A stretch of 64,000 nt of DNA from a virus (IMGVR_UViG_3300032236_001802:11753-75752), one strand, 5' to 3'; shown: positions 26,250 through 36,455, counted from the stretch's first letter. Numbers and translations: made by a program. The notes: generated by a model from the sequence alone, not told the origin.

Positions 26250-26405
26250 TCTTTTCCTTCCGTGTTGAACTTGGTTTTAGTGTGCCTTTTGGGCTTTACC
26301 TTGGCTTAACTATTTACTAGATAGCACTTAGCGATTACATCTGTCAACAGGGTTCACGGTTTGTTAACAGACTAGGGTGCTGAGATACGATTAAGGGGTA
26401 GTTTC

Positions 26406-26858
26406 TTGGGGACGGTCATGCTAAATCGCCTTTGTGGAGTGCTCTTTACTGGTTTTGTGCTGGCGTTGAATCATCCCGATCCCGCTTTCAGCCGGGACGA
26501 AAATACCATACTTGGCCGGGTGATCCTTCCGGGGAATTACTTAGGGTTGCCCAATGAGGACTGCCCTAGGAGCAAGAAGTATCCCGATCTTCAGGATGGC
26601 GGAACGGTTTTGGCGACAAATGAAGATGGGGAAATCATTGGGCGGGGTTTGCTGCTCCCAGCCTCAAACGTCCCGATCTCTCCAGAGTTATCCCAGAATC
26701 GATCACTGCAACCGATGGCATGTCATGCCCTGTTCGTGATCAAGGTTCCCAGCGCTCAAACCTACTCTTTTCAGATTGTTAGTCCCGACCTCCTGATCAC
26801 CCTGCCCAGCAAATTCCTAATCGAAAAAGGATGGCGCTTGGTAATCTTTGCCAAATAG
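26406..26858 (+). CDS. secreted or membrane hypothetical protein
   Basis: Signal-peptide-like N-terminus. Confidence 0.6.
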   Translation: MGTVMLNRLCGVLFTGFVLALNHPDPAFSRDENTILGRVILPGNYLGLPNEDCPRSKKYPDLQDGGTVLATNEDGEIIGRGLLLPASNVPISPELSQNRSLQPMACHALFVIKVPSAQTYSFQIVSPDLLITLPSKFLIEKGWRLVIFAK

Positions 26859-26918
26859 TAGCATACTGTAACGGTATTGTGTTACTGTTGCAGTGTTGTT
26901 AATTAGAGCACGTCAGGC

Positions 26919-27455
26919 ATGCCAAGGCCATTGAATCTTGAAAGTCCGTGGGCGGAAGCGATCGGTAGAAAAGAAGTTGACGCCATAGAGTCTTTTCAAG
27001 CGAGACTCCTAATTGTTGAAAGGGACTGTCTTGCTACCGGGTTAACGCCCCACGCCAAGGCGATTGAAAACATTGTTGCGGCATCAGAGGCAGGGTGGCA
27101 GATTGTCACCATTTACAACGACCTTGGACGCAACACAGTCGATGTTATTGTTGACGCCCGCCAGCTTTTGCGGGTCTTAAATTGTGTTGGCGCGGCTTAT
27201 GTCTGCTGTGATCCAGAGGGGTTTTACTGCTGGAATGTCCGGCAAACTCCAGGGTTTCAGGTCGTTATCAACGCTTTTTCTCTGGGGTATGAGCAAGAAT
27301 CCCCACCTTTTGACTTCCTCCTCCCAGAACTGGGGATGATCCGGGCTTCTGTGCATCACGTTCAGCCCGATAGGGTTCTTCTTGTCGGTACGGATCCTGA
27401 AGTCGCACGCCGCGCTCAGGTTGCTTTCGTTGATGGTAATGATTGGAAAAATTAG
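26919..27455 (+). CDS. hypothetical protein
   Basis: 178-aa ORF leading the rightward operon. Confidence 0.6.
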   Translation: MPRPLNLESPWAEAIGRKEVDAIESFQARLLIVERDCLATGLTPHAKAIENIVAASEAGWQIVTIYNDLGRNTVDVIVDARQLLRVLNCVGAAYVCCDPEGFYCWNVRQTPGFQVVINAFSLGYEQESPPFDFLLPELGMIRASVHHVQPDRVLLVGTDPEVARRAQVAFVDGNDWKN

Positions 27456-27463
27456 GAGCACAA

Positions 27464-27988
27464 ATGGCAACACTATTTGAAATTGGCAAAGACCTGCAAA
27501 ATCTGGAAGATGCGATCGGGAAGATTGCAGACGCCCCGCAAGAATTTCAGGAGCAACTTGAAGCGGTTTTCCTGGACATGAAAAACGCTTCTGAAGAAGA
27601 GCTACGCAAAAAACTGGACAGCTACGCTAACTTAATCGCTCAATTGCAAACCTTTCAGGAGATCCGGCGAAAAGAGGCGGCGCGGTTAAACACCCTGGCC
27701 GCAGGCGATGCTATAACAGCAGCCACGCTGCAAGCACGATTAAAAGATTTCATGATCGCGATGGGTTACAGAAAGCTTCAATCTAATTTTCATAAATTCT
27801 CAGTCGTTAAAAACGGCGGACTTGCACCGCTTATTTACGATGAAATTGATCCGGCAGATCTGCCGCCAAACCTCCAAAAGACAACTGTGCAGCTAGATAA
27901 AGCTGCCCTTAGGGATATGTTGGAAGGCGGGGTTGAATTAGAGTGGGCCAAGCTCGGAGAAAGAGGCTCGTCAGTTCGGATTAGCTGA
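27464..27988 (+). CDS. siphovirus Gp157-family protein
   Basis: TLFEI...KLDSYANLI...EAARL...LKDFM...KNGG...DKAALRDMLEGG...A-L-ERG-SVRI. Confidence 0.85.
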   Translation: MATLFEIGKDLQNLEDAIGKIADAPQEFQEQLEAVFLDMKNASEEELRKKLDSYANLIAQLQTFQEIRRKEAARLNTLAAGDAITAATLQARLKDFMIAMGYRKLQSNFHKFSVVKNGGLAPLIYDEIDPADLPPNLQKTTVQLDKAALRDMLEGGVELEWAKLGERGSSVRIS

Positions 27989-28046
27989 TTTCAATTGAAT
28001 TAGGAAATCAATAAGTAACTCAATTAGCAATCAATAGAGGTCAAAG

Positions 28047-28901
28047 ATGTACGTTGTTTTGATGATGGGAATCCCCGGCAGTGGGAAAACAACTCGCGCT
28101 AAAGAATTAGTGGCCGCTCACGGCTTGATCCGAGTCAATAAAGACGATATTCGCGCAATGATGGGCCTACCCTATTCCACTGAAATGGAAAAGATTGTCC
28201 GATCTGCCCACTCACAGGCGATCGTCGCAGCTTTGCGTAACGGGTTTTCTGTTGTTGTTGATGATGCCTCAAACCTCAAAGAATGGACTCGTAAGGAGAT
28301 CCAATCCTTGATCCGCACCGTGGAAAACTCAAACCCTGAGTACGGGCAAATTGAAATGATTCTCAACGAAGAATGCTTAAACACTCCCATTGAAGAGTGT
28401 ATTAAGCGTGATCTTCAGCGTCCAAATTCTGTAGGTGAAGCAGTTGTCCGCCATTGGGCCGATCGCTATCTCCCCAAACCCACGGCATACCAGCACAAGC
28501 CAGGGCTAAAGTCTGCGATCGTTGTGGACATTGACAACTGCTTGGCAATAACTGGGAACCGTGGTCCTCTGGATTACGCTGCCGCAGGCAATGACAAAGT
28601 TAATCCGCCCATTGCTCATCTGCTTAAAGCAGTTGACGGCGATGTTATTTTACTCACGGGCCGCGAAGAATCTGGCCGCGAAGTGCTGGAAGAATGGCTA
28701 GATAAGAACCTCATCGTTCACTCTGGCATCCTGTTCATGCGCCCAAATGGCGATCGCACTCCGGCACCTAAATTCAAAAAGCAAGTGATTGAGGATACGA
28801 TCCTCAATCACTGGAATGTGGAATTGGTAGTAGATGATGATCCAACAGTGATTGAACTTTGCAAGCTCTGGGGAATCCCCTCATTAAAGGTGACGCTATG
28901 A
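28047..28901 (+). CDS. pseT: polynucleotide 5'-kinase / 3'-phosphatase (T4 PseT-like)
   Basis: GIPGSGKTT, NKDDIR, CIKRDLQR; HAD domain VDIDNCLA, LTGR, MRPNGDR, VDDD. Confidence 0.9.
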   Translation: MYVVLMMGIPGSGKTTRAKELVAAHGLIRVNKDDIRAMMGLPYSTEMEKIVRSAHSQAIVAALRNGFSVVVDDASNLKEWTRKEIQSLIRTVENSNPEYGQIEMILNEECLNTPIEECIKRDLQRPNSVGEAVVRHWADRYLPKPTAYQHKPGLKSAIVVDIDNCLAITGNRGPLDYAAAGNDKVNPPIAHLLKAVDGDVILLTGREESGREVLEEWLDKNLIVHSGILFMRPNGDRTPAPKFKKQVIEDTILNHWNVELVVDDDPTVIELCKLWGIPSLKVTL

Positions 28902-29089
28902 GTCAAGTCTTAAACCCATCAGATAATCGGCGCTTTTTGGTTTCAGTGCAGGGCAAAAAGCAATATTTTAAGCATAAGGTAAGCGCCCAAATGGCTTACC
29001 AATGCGCCCACGGCTATGTAAGTCTTTGGAGTGCTGCCGGGTCCGGCTGGCACCTAGAACAAAGCAAAGGGGGACCGATAAAGGTATGA
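28898..29089 (+). CDS. hypothetical protein
   Basis: ATGA-coupled on both sides. Confidence 0.55.
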   Translation: MSQVLNPSDNRRFLVSVQGKKQYFKHKVSAQMAYQCAHGYVSLWSAAGSGWHLEQSKGGPIKV

Positions 29090-29595
29090 ATCCATTGAAA
29101 TTTGGCACGAAGTTTGAAGTAGTTGTGTCCGCAGGGTTGATCGTAGAAATTTATGAGCTACTGGAACAGGCAATGGATCAACTTGCCCAAAATGCTGAAA
29201 GGGGAGTAATTGATAGCGAGAAGGCAATATTTGCGATCGCCGTGAAAATCATCGCTACCCTGGCAAACCAGTTCACAGCGGTTTCAATTGAAAAGCCCGC
29301 GCTCAATGAGTTGACCGATGCAGTTATTTTTTCAAATACCTGTTGCCGCAGCAATTCAGTTACCGTGGGGCACAATCCCCGCCATGGCCCCGTGTACCGC
29401 TGTGGACACTGTAAAAGCTATTGGGCTATAAACTCTAATCGGCTTTGGCAGGCTGTTGACGAGCCATTTAATCCCGCAGATCCAGGGATGGGACTATCAC
29501 AGGTTTTCTTTGGATCTGGTGAACTAGGGTTAGGAAACGCCCTGGCTCTGGGTTCGCAGTTTGGAACATTGCTTTTAGGGGTCGATTTGGGATGA
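29086..29595 (+). CDS. hypothetical zinc-ribbon protein
   Basis: CCRSN...YRCGHC. Confidence 0.55.
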   Translation: MNPLKFGTKFEVVVSAGLIVEIYELLEQAMDQLAQNAERGVIDSEKAIFAIAVKIIATLANQFTAVSIEKPALNELTDAVIFSNTCCRSNSVTVGHNPRHGPVYRCGHCKSYWAINSNRLWQAVDEPFNPADPGMGLSQVFFGSGELGLGNALALGSQFGTLLLGVDLG

Positions 29596-29873
29596 ATACA
29601 GAACCGCTTTACAAAATCACCGCAGCTATGAGCGACATCCTTTCGGAGGACTCCAACCGGGTCCGTCAATGGCTCCCCCTGCACTTTAACCGGGCGATCG
29701 CGATCGTCCGGTTGCTAGAGGACGGGAAGCCGCGAACATCACGGCAGATTGCCGATGATTTGGAGCTTTCCAAAGGGGTCACCGTTCAGCTCCTAAACGC
29801 GATCGCCAAAGGTTACCCAGCCTTAAACCAACTGGGAAGAAAAACAAAGCTATGGAGCATCACTAAACCCTAA
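29592..29873 (+). CDS. winged-HTH protein
   Basis: LLEDGKPRTSRQIADDLELSKGVTVQLL. Confidence 0.7.
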   Translation: MNTEPLYKITAAMSDILSEDSNRVRQWLPLHFNRAIAIVRLLEDGKPRTSRQIADDLELSKGVTVQLLNAIAKGYPALNQLGRKTKLWSITKP

Positions 29874-30736
29874 TGACAGACTCAAACCAACAACCCGATT
29901 TAATCGTTCTGATCAACCAAATGCAGGCGATCAACGCACAACTCAAGCAAATCAGAGGATTGCTTGAACCCAAGGATCTGGGATTCTGCGAAAGCCCCTA
30001 TGTCAGGCGACTGTACTGCAACACCCAGTACAGTAATCCTGATGGCACCGGATGTTTATACACATGGAATGGGGCTATCAACAAACCGGAAATCATCCCC
30101 CATACCGCGATAAGATTTCTGCTAAAAAAAGTAGAGATTGAACCGGGTGAATACAAGGGCAAAGACAACACGAAGTTAATCCTAGTGATTGACACAGGTA
30201 ATTGTCATTACCGCCTAACAATGAGCATTAATAAAACCACCGCCAAATGTGCCCTAGGTGGTTTAACAGTCGCCGATCTGAATCAACCCATTACCTTTTC
30301 GTTTCGCGCAGGCGATCGCGAAGAAAATGCCCTCATTTGTGATGTATGGCAGAACGGTGAAAAGCTATTTTTTGAGAACCCTGACAAGGTTCCCGCCAGT
30401 AGATTGATCCAGGCAATTGCCGACAGGCTCAACCAAACTGAGCTAATCGCCAAACCGGAAACCCAACCTGAAGCCAGTCAACCATCTGGGGAAGTTCCTC
30501 AGATAGAACCTGAGCTAGAACCCGCCAGCACCCAAACCGAACCAGAAGATCTGTCAGAGTTGATTGCCCAGATCTCGGTATTGATGCAGGCAATTCACTG
30601 GAGCGCGAACCGTGGGCGATCGCACATCCTAGCCACCTACGGCAAAAAGAGCCGCGCAGAGCTGACCCACGATCAACTGGTAGAGTTTGCCAAATACCTA
30701 GAGAACCTACGGGATAATCCGCCAAAGGTTCTCTGA
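29873..30736 (+). CDS. hypothetical protein (possible ssDNA-binding or recombination function)
   Basis: Beta-rich core, acidic linker, C-terminal YGKKSRAELTHDQL helical domain; same operon as Gp157. Confidence 0.55.
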   Translation: MTDSNQQPDLIVLINQMQAINAQLKQIRGLLEPKDLGFCESPYVRRLYCNTQYSNPDGTGCLYTWNGAINKPEIIPHTAIRFLLKKVEIEPGEYKGKDNTKLILVIDTGNCHYRLTMSINKTTAKCALGGLTVADLNQPITFSFRAGDREENALICDVWQNGEKLFFENPDKVPASRLIQAIADRLNQTELIAKPETQPEASQPSGEVPQIEPELEPASTQTEPEDLSELIAQISVLMQAIHWSANRGRSHILATYGKKSRAELTHDQLVEFAKYLENLRDNPPKVL

Positions 30737-30741
30737 ATCTC

Positions 30742-30773
30742 TTCTCACCCGTTTAACGTTAAACGGGTGAGAG
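30742..30773. repeat. TTCTCACCC-N14-GGGTGAGA palindrome, copy 2; possible bidirectional terminator
   Basis: tctcacccgtttaac|gttaaacgggtgaga is a perfect 30-bp palindrome between convergent genes. Confidence 0.8.
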
Positions 30774-30775
30774 TG

Positions 30776-31204
30776 TTAAATTGCAGCCACCGCGCCAAAG
30801 AAGTCAAAGATCTTCGGAACCCCACCCTCAACCGCGATCGGCGTAGTAAAGGTGGCCAACCCGATCAGCATCCCCAGGGTTGAGCCAGCGGTAGAGCTGC
30901 CCCCAACAACGACAAATGCCTGCTTGATTGACAGGCTTGTTTCCCATGAAATTGTCCACAGAACGTCTGTGGACTCCCATTGATTAGTGTCGATGTTCCA
31001 GCCCCCATAGGTTGGAGCCTCTGCTCCTAACCGGCTCCATCCTTCGGCTCTATATTCAGCTAAGGCGATCGCCTCGTAACTGGCATCTGCTGCGACCTCA
31101 TTACCATTTAAGATGATGCCCAAGTAAAGGCCGTTCTCTAGGACGGCCCGTTGCATTGCCCAGCCTAAAAACTGCTGGCTAACTACTAAGCTTGCCGTTG
31201 GCAT
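30776..31204 (-). CDS. tail-associated structural protein
   Basis: Paralogue of 31206..31649 (LGIIL-G...SIKQ-F...GS-T-G-T-G...TFTTPIAV). Confidence 0.65.
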   Translation of the reverse strand: MPTASLVVSQQFLGWAMQRAVLENGLYLGIILNGNEVAADASYEAIALAEYRAEGWSRLGAEAPTYGGWNIDTNQWESTDVLWTISWETSLSIKQAFVVVGGSSTAGSTLGMLIGLATFTTPIAVEGGVPKIFDFFGAVAAI

Positions 31205-31205
31205 T

Positions 31206-31649
31206 TTAGACCTCTGCAAAAATGGATAGGGCACAGTCAATTTGAGTAGTTTCCCCATCTGCCACGGCGATCGGCGTGGTAAAGGTACTCAATCCGGCAA
31301 AGGTTCCAGTCGTATTTCCGGGCGTTGTGCTGCCGTCAATGATGATAAAAAACTGTTTGATTGAGAATCCGCCCGTGGGACCAATCACGTCCCAGCTAAC
31401 TGTGGGAACGTCAAATTCTAAGTTTGGAGCATCCCACGCCCCCGAAGTTGAAAAGGATATTGTTGGCCGCAGCCAGCCGCCTGCCGCATACTCTGCGGCG
31501 ATCGCGTCATTGGATGCTGTGTAATGAATCGTTGGTGACACATCATCACCATCCAAGATGATGCCCAACCGTAGATCTTTCCCTTCAAGTGCCAAACCCA
31601 CAACATAATTAGAAAAGTCGGGACCAATCAGAAAGTTTGCCGTTGCCAT
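31206..31649 (-). CDS. tail-associated structural protein
   Basis: Directly after gpJ; beta-rich. Confidence 0.65.
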   Translation of the reverse strand: MATANFLIGPDFSNYVVGLALEGKDLRLGIILDGDDVSPTIHYTASNDAIAAEYAAGGWLRPTISFSTSGAWDAPNLEFDVPTVSWDVIGPTGGFSIKQFFIIIDGSTTPGNTTGTFAGLSTFTTPIAVADGETTQIDCALSIFAEV

Positions 31650-31656
31650 AGTGCTC

Positions 31657-34600
31657 CTAAAGTGCGTCGATCAGATTTTGCGCGGCGGTTTGCAGAGCCG
31701 CGATCTCGCTGGGTGTTTTACCGCTCCCAGCAATGACGAGAGTATGCCGTCTTGATGAATTGAGCGAACTTGGCCCAGATAACCCACCCTGAAAGCTGAC
31801 CAGAGATCCCAACCCAGACGAATCAAAGGAGTTTGTATCCGTGGTTGCATCGATCTGAGTTGACCCAACGAAGAACCTAAAATCATTGTTGGCCGTTCGC
31901 GAAGCGCTGATCAGAGCGCTTGTAGAGCTGCTGGTGTAAGCAATGATCCGCTCTGCCCCGGTAACCCCCGGCCCCACATCCCGAAACGACGTTACATAGC
32001 AAGAATTATCGGGGAATCTATAGTACAAATGGAGCTGCCGCAAACCAGTACCCGACGCCCCGAAAACTGCCGCCGTGTTAACGCCAGAGCCGCCAATCCC
32101 CTTTAGATAAGCCCCAGCAAAAAAGCTGAATCCAGGGTGCAACGTGCCAACATCGTAGTTATGGTTAACAAAGGCATTCCCGTCCCCTAGCAGCCCAGCA
32201 GTGGCCCCTGCTTGCACGTATTGCCCAACGGTGAACCCTGAGTTCGTAGCGATCGCGTCTGAGGGGTGCCGCACTGGGACCATTAACCCGGCCATGATCT
32301 CTGTAGAGCCTGGGCCTGTAACTCCGGCGTACAAATGGATTAGATCAAGATCGATGCCATCAATCTCAGTCAGGAATGCATCGATCGCATTTAGACCGGC
32401 AACGCTAACATCTGCGCCCTGTGCCTGTACCCTGGCCTGCCAATCTAGGGTTTCCGCGCTGTACCCTGGTCCAAGCGCCGTCGTTGTTAGGGTGCCTCGC
32501 CAACCAACCCGCCCCCGTAGGGTATCAACTGAGATTGCATCTGGAGCGGTTAGGGTTCCCCGCCAGCCAATCCGCCCCCGCAGCCGGGGAACCCCAGGGC
32601 GATCGCTCAAGCTGAAACTTGTCCCGATCTGTAGCTTGATCAGGTTGATTACTCGGATTGGCCCTGCTTCAACCCATGCTGATTCAGTTTGGGTGTAGTC
32701 GATGCTTGCCACCCGCACAAAATAGCCGCGATCGTTGAATGGTACATCCCAAGATGCTGACCGAAAGGAAACCTGCTGGGTGCCTTGCCACTCCCCCCCA
32801 AACGGTTTGTACTGAACTGTGTATCCAGTTGTGAAGTCAGAGTTTGTTGGCGGTTGCCAGATGGCGGCCAAGATCAGATTCGTTGCCGAGAAATTGTCCT
32901 CTAATGTGCCTTTAAGGTTCTGCACGGGAGGGGGAATCGCAGGAGCACTGGGCAACGGTGGCAACGGTGGCACATAGTAATCTGTGTCAATCACGCCATA
33001 CTTATCATCACGATATTCCAGCGCCGATACTTCATAGAGCAGCCCGTATTCCCCCTGCACTCGCACGATACTAATGATCTGGTAATACCCTGGCAGAATC
33101 GTTGTGCTGGCCAGAATCCAGGGGGATTCAGATAGGGGTATATCTCCTTCAAGGGGTTGGATTGCTAGGCGATCGGTAACTGTGCCCTCCGGGGTATAAA
33201 CCACCCTTTCTACAATGTTGCCGTCAGGTAGAGTCAGGGTAATGGTCAGCGGCGCATTTTGCAGAGTCACGGGCCGATCCAAGACAATTTCATTGGCAGA
33301 TGCCGCAACTACCAAACCGCTATAGTTCAGGATCGAGCGCTTCACGTCCATGGTTTTGATCACTTGCCCTGGTACAGCGATCGCACCATACGGACGTAAT
33401 CTGAACTGAACCAACTCCAGTTCTAATCGTTCTGAAATAATGGTGGCCCATCCAGCCCTATGGGCCTGTGTGCGCGACGTGCAACCGAACGCCGAAAGCT
33501 CATTAATCCGGCGTCCATAGAGTTCAATCCCGATGGGGTCTTCTACTACCTCAATGGTCCTACGATAAAAATTCTCAGGGTCCAACCAAGTAACATGGGC
33601 GATCGTCCGGCGCTCCCGAATTGGAGTGCGCGACCAATTGAACATACCATCAACGATGTCCGACTGAGTAACTACCATTGTCGGCAAGCGCTGCCGGTCT
33701 GGAGCCAGCCGAATCACGCCAGAAATCCAATAGGAGAACCCCCGGAAAATGGAGCGCAGAGCATCGATTACCCGTGTCGCATCCTCCTTATCCTCCAGAA
33801 GCACATTGCACTGATAGCGCCGCTCATAGGTTGGTCCCTCATACCCACCCCCGGTCCCAGGGATGGCAATCAGCTCGTTGCAGTATTTTGATAGCTCATA
33901 AATTGACCACTTATCAACGTCCTCAGCTTTGATGTACTCTCCCAACCCGTACCGATCATTGATGATCAAGTCATAGAAGATCCAAGCAGGGCAGGAGGCG
34001 GCGATCGCCGCCTCGTAAAAAGTGCCGTCCCATGTGCCCGTGTAATGCAAGCCGCGATCGACGGCGACCGCTGCATTCGATGGGATTTGCAACAACCGCC
34101 CGCCAATCTCAAAAGCCCCTTGCGGCATGGAATCGAATTGCGCCGAATCAAACTGCAACCCGACCAGGGCGCTGTAAGGATAGCTCAAACGAGCGGCAAC
34201 CACCTCGGCATAGGCTCGGAAGGAAAGAACTCTCTGATAGCGCGTTGTGTCGCTGTCCTGCGGTGTTACCCGCTCTACTCGGACGGCAAAAGTGGATACC
34301 GTGCCCCCCGCATTGTTAACGGGAAAATCATACTCAAATTCGGTCAGGCTACTGAATCGAGCCTCAATCTCTTGATCATGGCGCACAACAAACGCGCCCA
34401 AGCCTTCCTTGATCAAGATCCTGAAGTGCATTGTTACCCGCCGATAGCCGCCGTCAGGGGGAAACTCCTGCATCTGGAAACCCAATCGCACCCGAATCAG
34501 ATCACAAGATGCATTCGTGAATTGTCGGGTAACTGGCAAGTTGAACTTAACCTCTTGCCCTACGCCAGTCTCCGACGTAACATCCGTGCCATACCCAGGG

Positions 34601-34857
34601 ATCGGCTCTTGATTTCCGGTCCCCGGCCTGAAATCGTAGCTTACTCCGCTGAAGTTGAAACTATTGTCCGCATTCTGGAGCGGTGTTTCGTTCAGGTAAA
34701 CACCCTTTGTCCCACCTAGCGGCCCCTCGATTGGCCCCTCAGAAACCACACCCAAAAGCTTCGCATAGGCTGTACTAAACCCAGTTTCACCGTCTTCTCT
34801 GGGCTTCTTCTTCTTCTTTTTACCGCCCTTACCCTTTGGGGTGAAGCCCTTTGTCAT
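31657..34857 (-). CDS. lambda gpJ-like tail tip / host-specificity protein with C-terminal receptor-binding extension
   Basis: VSEGPIEG, YLNETPL, YPYSALVG, PAWIFYDLI-N-RYGLG, DKWSIY...YCNE, FGCTSRTQAHRAG; FN3-like region. Confidence 0.93.
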   Translation of the reverse strand: MTKGFTPKGKGGKKKKKKPREDGETGFSTAYAKLLGVVSEGPIEGPLGGTKGVYLNETPLQNADNSFNFSGVSYDFRPGTGNQEPIPGYGTDVTSETGVGQEVKFNLPVTRQFTNASCDLIRVRLGFQMQEFPPDGGYRRVTMHFRILIKEGLGAFVVRHDQEIEARFSSLTEFEYDFPVNNAGGTVSTFAVRVERVTPQDSDTTRYQRVLSFRAYAEVVAARLSYPYSALVGLQFDSAQFDSMPQGAFEIGGRLLQIPSNAAVAVDRGLHYTGTWDGTFYEAAIAASCPAWIFYDLIINDRYGLGEYIKAEDVDKWSIYELSKYCNELIAIPGTGGGYEGPTYERRYQCNVLLEDKEDATRVIDALRSIFRGFSYWISGVIRLAPDRQRLPTMVVTQSDIVDGMFNWSRTPIRERRTIAHVTWLDPENFYRRTIEVVEDPIGIELYGRRINELSAFGCTSRTQAHRAGWATIISERLELELVQFRLRPYGAIAVPGQVIKTMDVKRSILNYSGLVVAASANEIVLDRPVTLQNAPLTITLTLPDGNIVERVVYTPEGTVTDRLAIQPLEGDIPLSESPWILASTTILPGYYQIISIVRVQGEYGLLYEVSALEYRDDKYGVIDTDYYVPPLPPLPSAPAIPPPVQNLKGTLEDNFSATNLILAAIWQPPTNSDFTTGYTVQYKPFGGEWQGTQQVSFRSASWDVPFNDRGYFVRVASIDYTQTESAWVEAGPIRVINLIKLQIGTSFSLSDRPGVPRLRGRIGWRGTLTAPDAISVDTLRGRVGWRGTLTTTALGPGYSAETLDWQARVQAQGADVSVAGLNAIDAFLTEIDGIDLDLIHLYAGVTGPGSTEIMAGLMVPVRHPSDAIATNSGFTVGQYVQAGATAGLLGDGNAFVNHNYDVGTLHPGFSFFAGAYLKGIGGSGVNTAAVFGASGTGLRQLHLYYRFPDNSCYVTSFRDVGPGVTGAERIIAYTSSSTSALISASRTANNDFRFFVGSTQIDATTDTNSFDSSGLGSLVSFQGGLSGPSSLNSSRRHTLVIAGSGKTPSEIAALQTAAQNLIDAL

Positions 34858-35186
34858 TATTCAAATACCGAAGAGGGAGCCACATCAAACCCTATCAGGT
34901 TCTTATTATCATCCCAAACCGAAACAAGACGCCCCGAACCTTTGAGGTTCTGAGATATTGAGCACAGCAATCCCCCAACCGTCAGGTATTGGGCACCGTC
35001 GCGGCCCTGCTTTGTTATCGCCAGGGCATCAGTTCTTTCGTTGATCTTGGTCCCCGCTGAAATAAACGATCGCACTGCTGGATCGCCTTCAATCAGCTCG
35101 TTAAGGTACTGGGCGATCGCCTGTTGCACCGCGTCAATAATTTGCTGGTTTGCATTAATTTGCTGGTTTGCATTTTCTTCGGTCAT
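34857..35186 (-). CDS. hypothetical protein
   Basis: Stop overlaps the gpJ start. Confidence 0.6.
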   Translation of the reverse strand: MTEENANQQINANQQIIDAVQQAIAQYLNELIEGDPAVRSFISAGTKINERTDALAITKQGRDGAQYLTVGGLLCSISQNLKGSGRLVSVWDDNKNLIGFDVAPSSVFE

Positions 35187-35210
35187 GATTACTTGCCTAT
35201 TTTTTTGTGA

Positions 35211-35441
35211 TTATAAATCTAGAACCCGGCCCCCAACGATTTCGACCACCCTTACATAGGCTCGGTCGATCCCCTGGGTTGACTTTGCAACCTGCTCCAA
35301 GCTATCGGCAAACCCCAACTGAAACCAGCCGCTTAGATTATGGAATCCCTCGATTCTGTAGCGCGGGTTGGGCACGGGTTCAGCCAAAGCGGACGCGATC
35401 GCGGTTTGCAATTCTGGTGAAAATCTTTCGAGGTTTATCAT
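35211..35441 (-). CDS. hypothetical protein
   Basis: 76-aa ORF. Confidence 0.55.
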   Translation of the reverse strand: MINLERFSPELQTAIASALAEPVPNPRYRIEGFHNLSGWFQLGFADSLEQVAKSTQGIDRAYVRVVEIVGGRVLDL

Positions 35442-35495
35442 TGTTTTCTGTGGTTTAATGAGTACACTACACTAAAGAACTAATGGAGCCGATCA

Positions 35496-36455
35496 ATGAC
35501 CGAATCAAGCCCTCAATATACCGCAGCAATCCCCGCCGAAGGACTCCCCGTTGCAGAACTTTTGCATCGCTACACAGTACAGAAACCCGCTTTCTATGGT
35601 CGGGTTAAAGCGCTTGGAATCAAATTTAGAGCACAGGGTAATCGCTCCTATGCTTCCGCCGAGCAGATTGAAAAACTAGATAAGCTCCATGATCACTTAC
35701 AGCAAGGGGGAACCTTTGCCACCTTCGATCAAGGGGTTAAGGGCGCGAGTGATATTGAGTTAAACCGCGTTGATTTGAACTATCCAATGATGGCGGAACT
35801 ATTTACGCGATCGCTCCCACCAGCCGCCCCCCCCTCCCCTGCCCAGCGGCTCCAAGACATCTGCAATGGAGGATGGGAGATAGATAGTAAGGAGCTATGC
35901 GAAATACTCGGTTTGGCGCGCCTGCGCGGGGATCTGCTGCATCGCCATGGGTTCACCATCCGAAGGGCTGGCAAGCGATCGCCATGGTGGCGGGTTTGCC
36001 CTCCGGATCGGCTAACGATGGAATTGTTAAACCAGGCGATCGAGCGGTGGCCGTTCGCGGTTGAAGCGGCCTGCGCGGCCTGGGGTTTGCCCGTGGAAAC
36101 GTTCTATAAGCAAATCCTAGTAAGGGAGATCCCGCTGTCTGCCTTTATGGCCGCTGTGATCACGCGATCTGTAGCGATCGAGAAGCTTAAGCTAGGTATG
36201 CCGCAGCAAGACACAACCGAACTCCAGGACAAGATAATCCACCAACTTGGAGAGAAGCCGTTAATGGAAACGATGAAGACAACCCTTGGAAGTATGGATA
36301 GAGTGGATTTGATCGCGACGGCAATTCGGGTATACATGAACAAGGGGTTCAGTGCCGAAGACTGCCATTCAATTCTGAAAGAAGATGGTAGATACTCAGA
36401 CGAAGAATTGCACAGAGCCTTCCTGCGTGCTGCAAGTTTAGCCACCCTGGAATGA
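35496..36455 (+). CDS. putative DNA-binding protein (MerR-like N-terminal HTH plus a second HTH), opposite strand to the tail genes
   Basis: LPVAELLHRYTVQKPAFYGRVKALGI...EQIEKLDKLH; GWEIDSKELCEILG. Confidence 0.6.
   Translation: MTESSPQYTAAIPAEGLPVAELLHRYTVQKPAFYGRVKALGIKFRAQGNRSYASAEQIEKLDKLHDHLQQGGTFATFDQGVKGASDIELNRVDLNYPMMAELFTRSLPPAAPPSPAQRLQDICNGGWEIDSKELCEILGLARLRGDLLHRHGFTIRRAGKRSPWWRVCPPDRLTMELLNQAIERWPFAVEAACAAWGLPVETFYKQILVREIPLSAFMAAVITRSVAIEKLKLGMPQQDTTELQDKIIHQLGEKPLMETMKTTLGSMDRVDLIATAIRVYMNKGFSAEDCHSILKEDGRYSDEELHRAFLRAASLATLE

Noticed and set aside
27991-28037. TCAAT repeats upstream of the PNK gene as phased operators
   Set aside because: Short AT-rich words with irregular spacing (17, 12, 11 bp); could be chance.
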